Assembly (NCBI GenBank): GCA_964554435.1
Contig: CAZKOO010000003.1
Location: 5,252 to 69,251 of the forward strand
Length of the DNA: 64,000 nucleotides
Reading direction: 5' to 3'
From: an uncultured Candidatus Peribacteria bacterium
GTDB taxonomy: Bacteria > Patescibacteriota > Gracilibacteria > Peribacterales > Peribacteraceae
The translations under genes were made by a program, and so were the position numbers. Positions 57,687-64,000 of the stretch are shown here, piece by piece. Each line of letters begins with the position of its first letter. Position 1 is the first letter of the stretch. The notes under the pieces are model-generated. The model searched no databases and was not told where the DNA came from. It saw nothing but the letters and a program-made list of their open reading frames with translations.

Positions 57687-58433
57687 TTATTGCAATTCGT
57701 ACACAAGAGTAACAGACGATGTAATTTCCTGATCGCCAGTAGGGAGCTGAATTTTCTCCATCGCATAATCCATTGCCCCTCCGCCAACGCCACGCGCCAT
57801 CATCGGCATTGGAACCATGCCACCATCTTCACTGAAACCAACCATCTTTCCAACAGACATCCCTAAGTTTTTTGCAAGAATATCTGCTTTCTCTTTCGCT
57901 TTTGTAATTGCCTCAGTACGTGCAAGTGCCTTTGCAGCATCAGGATTTTCTACCTCAAAGCTGATGCCTCCTGCTTGATTTGCGCCTGCAGAAATAGCAG
58001 CAGTAAGAACATCTCCTGCCTTATCTAAATCGCGCACTTTTACAAAGAGAGATTGACTTGCCTGAAACCCACGAGGAAGTTGACCATTTTGTGTGTAATC
58101 AAATTCTGGATTGAGTGAAAAATTCTGAGTGGTGATGTCTTTTTTGAGAGCACCAGCTTTTGTGATGGCATCAATAATCTTCTCCATTTGCTTCGCAACA
58201 ACATCACTCGCCTGCTTTGCAGTTGTCTGACGTCCACTCGTGACACCAAATGTCATACTTGCAATATCTGGGCTGATGGATGTCTTTGCATTCGCGCTCA
58301 CAGAAATGGTGAGTGGCCCACTATAGGGCATGCGCTCCATCTTTTTTCCAACAAGATAGAAAGACCCTCCAATGGCAACAGCAAGAAGAAAAGCCCACAC
58401 AGGAGGACGAAGGGTAAGAGTAGAATCGGACAT
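57687..58433 (-). CDS. SIMPL (DUF541) domain periplasmic/secreted protein
   Basis: Signal anchor, then ISVSANAKTSISPDIASMTFGV......AKQASDVVAKQMEKIIDAI and NFSLNPEFDY, which is typical of the SIMPL family. Confidence 0.8.
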   Translation of the reverse strand: MSDSTLTLRPPVWAFLLAVAIGGSFYLVGKKMERMPYSGPLTISVSANAKTSISPDIASMTFGVTSGRQTTAKQASDVVAKQMEKIIDAITKAGALKKDITTQNFSLNPEFDYTQNGQLPRGFQASQSLFVKVRDLDKAGDVLTAAISAGANQAGGISFEVENPDAAKALARTEAITKAKEKADILAKNLGMSVGKMVGFSEDGGMVPMPMMARGVGGGAMDYAMEKIQLPTGDQEITSSVTLVYELQ

Positions 58434-58518
58434 AGGAGAAAAAGAAAAGAAATAGAGAATGAAAAAAGTATACAGAACAGAAGACGAGGGAGAGAGTTAT
58501 TTCTTACAAAAAATGTCT

Positions 58519-58950
58519 TTACAATTCTCGAACTCTTCGAGCAATGTCACGTTCTTTGATCACCTGACGTTTATCAAACTTCTTGCGCCCGCGCGCAATG
58601 CCAATGGTGAGTTTAATGTATCGATCTGCAGTCATCTGCAGTGGAATAATGGTGAGTCCTTTGGATGTTTCCGCGGAAAGCAGTTGTTCCATCTCGCGTT
58701 TTTGTAGCAGAAGCTCCCGTTCACGCTTCATATCATAGTGTGGATCTGGGCCTGCAAAAGAATAGCGAGAAATGCTCATGCCTTTCAGTACTGGCCTACC
58801 CGATCGAAGAGAGATGAATGCTCCTGCAAGATTGATGTGCCCAAGGCGACAAGACTTTACTTCTTGCCCTGTCAGAATGATGCCCGCAGTCAGTGTATCG
58901 ACAATCTCATAATCGAACTTTGCCCGACGATTGATGGCAACAATTTTCAT
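58519..58950 (-). CDS. smpB: SsrA-binding protein SmpB
   Basis: ATG 58950 chosen (MKIVAINRRAKFDYEIVDTLTAGIILTGQEVKS.R....NL..AF). Basic C-terminal tail: RGRKKFDKRQVIKERD. Confidence 0.93.
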   Translation of the reverse strand: MKIVAINRRAKFDYEIVDTLTAGIILTGQEVKSCRLGHINLAGAFISLRSGRPVLKGMSISRYSFAGPDPHYDMKRERELLLQKREMEQLLSAETSKGLTIIPLQMTADRYIKLTIGIARGRKKFDKRQVIKERDIARRVREL

Positions 58951-59119
58951 AGCAAGATGATACAAGACTCCGCACAACATCAACAAAAGATCAGAACAGA
59001 AGCTATTGACAAAATAAAAAGAAGGCATAGAATAATGTATGCCAAGATGTGAATTTCCCCCGTAATCACGGGGGGGCAACCCTCATGTAGGGACCTGCAG
59101 CAATTCCTTTGGTACTCTT

Positions 59120-59176
59120 GAGACCTTGTTGCCGTGTAGGCAAGCCTGTCTGTAGGGCAACAAGGTCTCTTTTTTT
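59120..59176 (+). terminator. 14-bp perfect stem + T7: intrinsic-terminator shape oriented for the plus strand
   Basis: GAGACCTTGTTGCC (59120-59133), a 22-nt loop, GGCAACAAGGTCTC (59156-59169), then TTTTTTT (59170-59176). It abuts the stop codon of the minus-strand gene 59175..59990. Confidence 0.55.
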
Positions 59177-59990
59177 ACAACGATGTCCACTCCTCCTTTC
59201 TATCAGCACGAATCAGAAAGAACGCTCCAAAGAGAGAAAGGACAAGAGCAATATTGAGGCCCATCCCCGAATCAGTCAGATGCTCGATGGGCTCAGAAGA
59301 AGGAACTGGCACTTCTTTGATGATTACCTTTGGAGGAGTAGAAACAGGAACTTTAACCTCTCGAATGATGGTCTTTTGTGGAGTGGGTACTTTTATTTCA
59401 CGAGTGACAACCCTTGGTGGAGTATCAACTGGTACGCGAACCTCTCGTACAACAGTGCGCTCAGGAGTAGGGATGATGGGCGCAGGAATAGGCTGAGGAA
59501 TGCCCTTTCCTTTTCCCTTTCCCTTCCATTGTTCTTCTGGGCTAATTGGATCAGAAAGTGGCTTATATCCTGGTGCACCAGAGTGTTCTTGAATGGACTG
59601 TAAACGCTCTGTACGAAGTGCAAGTCGATTGTATGGCGCAGAAGAAGTTGAGGAAGACAGTGGCGCAGCTGCATGCAATGCATCGTCAGGTGATGACGAA
59701 GACTGATGAATATCATCGGAAGAAACCGATGAAGAACTCGACTGCAGGAATGATGCAACCTTTTGCGCGTTTCGCTGAAGCGTACGCTCTGTACTCGGAT
59801 CAACATCCACTCTATTGGTACGCACATCCAGAGCATTGTCAGTGGCTGGAAGATCGGATGCAAGGTACCCACGAACAGTATTGAGGGAGAAGGAAACATT
59901 GAATGCTGTGTAACTAAGAACAGCAATACTCATTCCAAGGAGCGCTCCAAGAAATTGTTTTTTTGCAGATGGATGAAGAGACGGTGACAT
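59175..59990 (-). CDS. secreted Ser/Pro-rich surface protein with tandem (R/K)E(V/I)KVP repeats and C-terminal anchor
   Basis: ATG 59990 chosen (MSPSLHPSAKKQFLGALLGMSIAVL). Repeats: VVREVRVPVDTPPRVVTREIKVPTPQKTIIREVKVPVSTPPKVIIKEVPVP. C-terminal LTDSG + hydrophobic helix + RADRKEE. Confidence 0.65.
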   Translation of the reverse strand: MSPSLHPSAKKQFLGALLGMSIAVLSYTAFNVSFSLNTVRGYLASDLPATDNALDVRTNRVDVDPSTERTLQRNAQKVASFLQSSSSSVSSDDIHQSSSSPDDALHAAAPLSSSTSSAPYNRLALRTERLQSIQEHSGAPGYKPLSDPISPEEQWKGKGKGKGIPQPIPAPIIPTPERTVVREVRVPVDTPPRVVTREIKVPTPQKTIIREVKVPVSTPPKVIIKEVPVPSSEPIEHLTDSGMGLNIALVLSLFGAFFLIRADRKEEWTSL

Positions 59991-60079
59991 GGGTATGTGT
60001 TTGGTAAATCTAAATAGTATACCAGAAAACAAAGAAAAAGCCAAAAGAAAATCTGTGCTATACTGTGAGCATCTCAACG

Positions 60080-60494
60080 ATACGTCATCGGTCAGCTGTG
60101 TGCTTTTTCTCTAATCTATCGTTACGGGAGGCTTCTATCGGAGGAGTTCGTGGACTTCTCCTGCGGTCACCCACCTGCAATTGCGGGGACGAGCGCACAG
60201 AGGACGGACGGTCGTTTGGATGTGGATCAAAGAAAACAAGGATGATCGTAAGAAAAAAGAGGTGATTGTAGAGACGCGATTCATCGCGTCTCATTATCAA
60301 GCAGAGCAGGTCTCCGACCTGCGGATGATGAAGAAATCGAAGAAGGCAAGGATGATCTTAAAGGAAAAGAAGTCTCATGCTTTAGAATACAATGATTCCA
60401 TGGGAGCAGGATTCTTCCTGCGGATATCAATCGGAACCTCATCCCTCAGTAGTAGGTCTCCGACCCGCGGATGATAAAAAAAGAAATGTATTCT
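60080..60494. other. ORF-poor, hairpin-dense region (candidate structured ncRNA, family unassigned)
   Basis: Stems: GAGACGCGA/TCGCGTCTC (60271-60292), GCAGGTC/GACCTGC (60306-60322) and GCAGGA/TCCTGC (60406-60421). GGTCTCCGACC[TC]GCGGATGAT occurs twice. GGATGAT occurs four times. CAAGGATGATC.TAA.G.AAAAGA.GT occurs twice. Confidence 0.35.
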
Positions 60495-60523
60495 AAAAAT
60501 TCCCACCCCGCATTCGCGGGGTG
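60495..60523 (-). terminator. intrinsic terminator of the small SD-bearing ORF
   Basis: The minus strand reads CACCCCGC-GAAT-GCGGGGTG followed by GGAATTTTT. It lies 43 nt after the stop at 60566. Confidence 0.7.
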
Positions 60524-60565
60524 AGATAGTGCCTGCTTCACAAATACGAGTTGAAAAAAGAAAAT

Positions 60566-60787
60566 TTACTCCGTAAGCCATGCACAAGATCCGCATGGCT
60601 CTTGCCAAAGAACAGAATCATTTTCCGATCGAATAGCATGATCGGAGGAGATATGAACACATCGACTATCAATGTGTAACAGCTGAGCAATTCGTTTTGG
60701 AAGATGAACACACGTGTTCATCATTCCTTTTCGAAGGATTCGAATCATCCATCGTTGGATTTTGAGGTCGCGATCTGATAGGCTCAT
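60566..60787 (-). CDS. hypothetical small Cys-containing protein (73 aa) with a strong Shine-Dalgarno
   Basis: AAGGAGGG lies 5 nt upstream of ATG 60787 and the gene has its own terminator downstream. No family recognised. It carries a C-terminal CGSC. Confidence 0.5.
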   Translation of the reverse strand: MSLSDRDLKIQRWMIRILRKGMMNTCVHLPKRIAQLLHIDSRCVHISSDHAIRSENDSVLWQEPCGSCAWLTE

Positions 60788-60886
60788 TGGAGCCCTCCTT
60801 TTCTGGGAAGTTAAGGGGTGGTGTGAAGTAGGGCGATCAAAAGACTCTGTCTCCTCATCGCCCTACTTTCTGTGTTGTGAATGAAC

Positions 60887-60909
60887 AAAAAAACCGCCAA
60901 CCGTGGCGG
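60887..60909 (-). terminator. intrinsic-terminator-shaped hairpin on the minus strand inside a divergent spacer
   Basis: The minus strand reads CCGCCA-CGGT-TGGCGG followed by TTTTTTT. No minus-strand gene lies upstream of it. Confidence 0.45.
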
Positions 60910-61071
60910 GGAAAGAAATCATAAGGAAGAAAAAATATTATGACCGCTTGCCTGCCACAGGAATGGAGTAGGTACGAACCCAGACACAGCGAGTGATGTA
61001 TGTCACTATGCCCCGATTGTATTCTTCCTCTCTCGTCTTTGCAAGATATTTCTGTTACACTTCCTTTCTCC

Positions 61072-62124
61072 ATGCTTCATCCCGCTGCAACTCCCCTCAC
61101 CGGCACACGTGGACGAATGCATGCTGAAGAACAAGACGAAACGAGGTCTCCTTTTCAACGCGATCGAGATCGCATTCTTCATGCGCAAGCGTTTCGCAGG
61201 CTGGCAGGGAAAACACAAGTGTTCACACCCGGTTCTGGAGATCACTACCGAACACGCATCACCCACACACTGGAAGTCGCACAAATGAGTAGGGACAGTG
61301 CGCGATTTTTAGGGCTCAATGAAGATCTCGCAGAATGCATCGCACTTGCACACGATCTTGGCCACACACCCTTCGGACACTCGGGCGAAGAAGCGTTACA
61401 TGAATGTGTGAAGCAATATGATCTTTCCTTTGAACACAATGATGAGTCAGTGTTCATTGTCACGACACTCGAAGAATATTCATCGCACTATGCTGGACTC
61501 AATCTCAATCTCGAAGTCATCGAAGGCTTACAGAAGCACCACACTGTCTATGACCATCCATCAGAAAATAGTGAAAAACGCGCGCCAAGCCTTGAGGCAC
61601 AGGTTGTGAATATCGCCGATGAAATTGCCTACACCGCACATGACATTGATGACGGACTACGTTCTGGAATTCTAAAAAAAGAAGATATAATAGCCCTAAA
61701 ACTAGGGTCTCGTGCAATAGAGCGAGCACAAAAAAGAGGAACAGACATCCGCGGAAACATCATCCATCTTCTCCTCACTGATCTCTATAAGGAGACACAA
61801 AAGTGTATCACCGAAAAAGGCATTCATTCACTTGCGGATGTCTATAGCAGTGATGAAGAAATTGTGCGTTTTTCAGAAGAGATGAAAGAACAAATCCGTG
61901 AATTGCGATCTCTTCTCTGGCATCAATTCTATATGAGTGCAGTGGTGCAAGAAGAGATGAAAAAGGGGCAAGAGATCATTCGATCATTATGGAGTAAATA
62001 CAGAGAACATCCACCAGAAAAAGTGTTGAAATTAAAAGAAAAACATCTTTTCTCAGTAGAAGAAGCAGTCATGCACTATGTCGCCGGAATGACGGATGAG
62101 TTTGCACGAAAAGCGAGTTGCTAA
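61072..62124 (+). CDS. dgt: dGTP triphosphohydrolase-like HD-domain protein
   Basis: SPFQRDRDRILHAQAFRRLAGKTQVF, HYRTRITHTLEVAQ, ALAHDLGHTPFGH, ADEIAY..HDIDDG. Start uncertain (61000, 61072 or 61117). Confidence 0.88.
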   Translation: MLHPAATPLTGTRGRMHAEEQDETRSPFQRDRDRILHAQAFRRLAGKTQVFTPGSGDHYRTRITHTLEVAQMSRDSARFLGLNEDLAECIALAHDLGHTPFGHSGEEALHECVKQYDLSFEHNDESVFIVTTLEEYSSHYAGLNLNLEVIEGLQKHHTVYDHPSENSEKRAPSLEAQVVNIADEIAYTAHDIDDGLRSGILKKEDIIALKLGSRAIERAQKRGTDIRGNIIHLLLTDLYKETQKCITEKGIHSLADVYSSDEEIVRFSEEMKEQIRELRSLLWHQFYMSAVVQEEMKKGQEIIRSLWSKYREHPPEKVLKLKEKHLFSVEEAVMHYVAGMTDEFARKASC

Positions 62125-62388
62125 TTGCCAAAAGCTACAAGCTACTTACTAATAAACCGAAACGCCCCCGCAGGTGGGACACCTGCTGCTGATGTGTGAT
62201 AGGTGACAAAGAAAAGCTATACTCAATTGCTTTAATAATTTCGAATATATCGGCGTAGCCGAAACATCATAATTGCTTCTCATAGCAATGCTCTATGAGA
62301 GAAGAATCAAAAATTATTGAGGCAAAGCCGTATAACTGCTACAAGCCAAAAGCTAACTGCTAATGGCTCATTGCTCCAACCTAAAAAA

Positions 62389-62405
62389 CTACCCACTAAC
62401 AACTA
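62389..62405 (+). repeat. dispersed 17-nt motif (variant CTACCCACTAACAACTA)
   Basis: Same variant as the metK copy. Lies in the 302-nt spacer between convergent dgt and uvrB. Confidence 0.7.
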
Positions 62406-62426
62406 TCAACTCAGCGATCAACCCTC

Positions 62427-64000
62427 CTACAACTCCCTCTTGAGTAGCTCAATCTCATCACGAAGATCGGCAGCTTTTTCAAACTCCATATTCTCTGCTG
62501 CGATCTCCATTTGAGCATTCAATTCTTCAATGAGGCGCTTCTTCTCATCTTTTGGAATCTTCTGATGATCGTACTTCTTGCGACCAAGTTTGAGCTTGCT
62601 GTGTTCTTCTGCAATATCTTGAATGGCTTTCAGAATGGTCTGTGGAGTGATGCCATGCTGAATGTTATACGCCTCTTGAATCGCACGACGACGATTGGTT
62701 TCGCCAATAGCAGCATCCATCGCAGGAGTCATTTTGTCGGCATACAGCGTCACATGTCCATTGATGTTACGAGCAGCACGACCAATGGTTTGAATAAGTG
62801 CATCACGAGAGCGCAAGAAGCCTTGTTGATCGGCGTCTAAAATAGCGATGAAACTCACCTCAGGAAGATCAAGTCCCTCACGAAGAAGGTTGATACCAAT
62901 GAGGATGTCGATGTCACCGGAACGAAGTTGACGCAAAATTTCGATGCGTTCCATTGTTTCGATGTCACTATGCAAATAGCGCACTTTGTAATCCAAGTCT
63001 TGAAAATACTTTGCAAGATCTTCTGCACTTTTTTTCGTAAGAGCAGTAATGAGCACACGCTCTCCTCGAGCAATAGCTGAGGCAATCTCACTCTGAATAT
63101 CATCAATTTGATGTTTTTTTGGATGAATTTTCACGATAGGGTCAAGAAGACCAGTTGGGCGAATAATCTGTTCAACGATGAGATCCTTCTTCTGTGATGT
63201 CTCTTCACGAGTGTGCTTGTACTCATACGGGCCAGGAGTCGCTGATACATACACTGCCTGATTGATGCGCTCTTCAAATTCATGGAACTGGAGCGGTCTA
63301 TTATCGAGCGCACTTGGCAAACGGAAGCCAAAATCGATGAGCGTTCTCTTGCGTTGTAAGTTTCCTTCGTACATTCCTCCAATCTGCGGAATGGAAATGT
63401 GTGACTCGTCGATGAAGAGAAGAAAGTCATCAGGGAAATAATCGATGAGTGTTTCTGGGGGCATGCCCGATTCTCGGTTACTCAAATACCGCACATAGTT
63501 CTCGATGCCTGTGCAGTACCCTGTCTCACGAAGCATCTCAAGGTCGTACTCCGTACGAGCACGAATGCGCTCTGCTTTTGCAATTTCACCAAGAGCAAGG
63601 AGTTCTGCCTCACGCGCTTTCATATCCTCCTCAATACGAACCACTGCGCCATCAATTTTTTCTTTCGTTGTCACGTTGTGCGCTGCAGGAAACACGGTAA
63701 TTTCTTGCAAATCAGTGATCACCTCACCCGTGAAACTATCCACTTCTTGAATGCTGTCAATTTCATCAAACGGCATCTCAATGCGAAGAACGGTGTCTCC
63801 ATTTGGAGGGAAAATTTCCACGGTATCACCAAGCACGTGGAACATCCCTTGCTTGAATGTCATGCTACTACGCTTGTATTGAATGTCTGTGAGAAGGCGC
63901 AGAAGTCGTTGACGTTGAAATGGCATGCCACGTGACAACTTGATGGCGAGCGATTCATAGTCAGCAACATCTCCAAGACCATAAATACATGACACAGACG
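62427..64000 (-). CDS. uvrB: excinuclease ABC subunit B (N-terminus outside window)
   Basis: YVSATPGPYE, LLREGLDLPEVS, DADQQGFLRS, GRAARN. C-terminal UVR motif: EFEKAADLRDEI. The frame is open to the window edge. Confidence 0.95.
   Translation of the reverse strand, partial: SVSCIYGLGDVADYESLAIKLSRGMPFQRQRLLRLLTDIQYKRSSMTFKQGMFHVLGDTVEIFPPNGDTVLRIEMPFDEIDSIQEVDSFTGEVITDLQEITVFPAAHNVTTKEKIDGAVVRIEEDMKAREAELLALGEIAKAERIRARTEYDLEMLRETGYCTGIENYVRYLSNRESGMPPETLIDYFPDDFLLFIDESHISIPQIGGMYEGNLQRKRTLIDFGFRLPSALDNRPLQFHEFEERINQAVYVSATPGPYEYKHTREETSQKKDLIVEQIIRPTGLLDPIVKIHPKKHQIDDIQSEIASAIARGERVLITALTKKSAEDLAKYFQDLDYKVRYLHSDIETMERIEILRQLRSGDIDILIGINLLREGLDLPEVSFIAILDADQQGFLRSRDALIQTIGRAARNINGHVTLYADKMTPAMDAAIGETNRRRAIQEAYNIQHGITPQTILKAIQDIAEEHSKLKLGRKKYDHQKIPKDEKKRLIEELNAQMEIAAENMEFEKAADLRDEIELLKREL

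Noticed and set aside
60140-60175. RNase P RNA P4-like GGAGAAGTCCAC on the minus strand
   Set aside because: It pairs locally with its own neighbour in the same hairpin as above. No ACAGAA..GGCUUA-type 3' partner is present. An RNase P RNA starting here would run into the downstream protein gene.
60141-60195. tmRNA (standard or circularly permuted) next to smpB: a T-arm-like GGAGGAGTTCGTGGACTTCTCC followed by ...CACCCACC and then GGGGACGAGCGC
   Set aside because: The loop is 6-8 nt and lacks the TTCRA T-loop consensus. No encoded or completable acceptor pairing exists between GGGGACG and the upstream 3' strand. No ACCA end is present. I found no tag-like reading frame ending in ..AA-stop on either strand. 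This needs ARAGORN or Rfam to settle.
60181-60474. 97-aa plus-strand ORF in the hairpin-rich region
   Set aside because: It has a TTG start, an Arg/Lys-rich low-complexity product and no SD or promoter. It coincides with multiple perfect stems and internal nucleotide repeats, which an RNA or repeat region explains better.
60855-61073. 72-aa minus-strand ORF
   Set aside because: It reads straight through a terminator-shaped hairpin and the 5' end of the divergent dgt frame. No support was found.
1-64000. CRISPR arrays, rRNA and tRNA genes
   Set aside because: No regularly spaced direct repeats were seen. I found no GGTTCGAATCC-type T-arm in any intergenic spacer; the only GTTCGA hit, at ~45631, is inside hsdR. 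There is no rRNA-like ORF-free stretch. A tRNAscan or Infernal run would be needed for certainty.
1-64000. Alternative genetic code (UGA recoding as in some CPR lineages)
   Set aside because: Conserved genes terminate at the expected lengths on TGA as well as on TAA and TAG (for example 40967..41821 and murA end in TGA). No housekeeping ORF is split by in-frame TGA.

Overview
Gene-dense 64-kb segment with genes on both strands. It uses the standard genetic code, since long ORFs end in TAA, TAG and TGA. I found no rRNA, tRNA or CRISPR array by eye. The content fits a small-genome, CPR-type (Peregrinibacteria-like) bacterium; that call is inference from protein families only.

Housekeeping genes are recognisable: yebC-like, rpsR, rpsF, metK, zwf, serS, purH, murA, recO, recR, recJ, smpB, ssb, sufC, dgt-like and uvrB. 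They are interleaved with many secreted or surface proteins built from Myxococcus-type cysteine-rich repeats (CGNG..E.CDDGN...DGCS..C).

Main blocks:
1. 0-14.5 kb: a surface-protein locus. Five tandem Cys-rich-repeat genes, four of them with dockerin-like Ca-loop pairs, are bracketed by two beta-helix (pectate-lyase-fold) proteins. The locus contains a 1,059-bp perfect direct repeat, a duplicated promoter and a duplicated gene-end fragment.
2. 28.8-33.6 kb: a minus-strand cluster of an FtsX-like permease, a TPR protein, a VirB2/TrbC-like pilin candidate, and a membrane-tethered ECF-sigma-like protein translationally coupled to another Cys-rich surface protein.
3. 43.1-50.4 kb: a defence island between murA and recJ. 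It holds HsdR, an embedded orphan MazF-like toxin, a fused HsdM-HsdS, a small TM protein, DinD and an XRE regulator.
4. A RelB/RelE-type TA pair and a two-OB-fold SSB that is unlinked from rpsF-rpsR.

Non-coding signals:
- a ~200-260 bp structured repeat sits directly after two stop codons;
- a 17-nt motif (CTACCTACTAACAACTA) is dispersed in six intergenic spacers, and two inverted copies flank a 23S-IVS-type four-helix-bundle gene;
- a perfect 24-bp palindrome lies between divergent genes;
- there is a family of C-run/G-run hairpins;
- a ~415-nt ORF-poor, hairpin-rich region lies near smpB, and I could not assign it to a known RNA family;
- Shine-Dalgarno sequences are generally absent, and -10-like hexamers sit very close to start codons.

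All family assignments come from motif recognition by eye. No searches were run.
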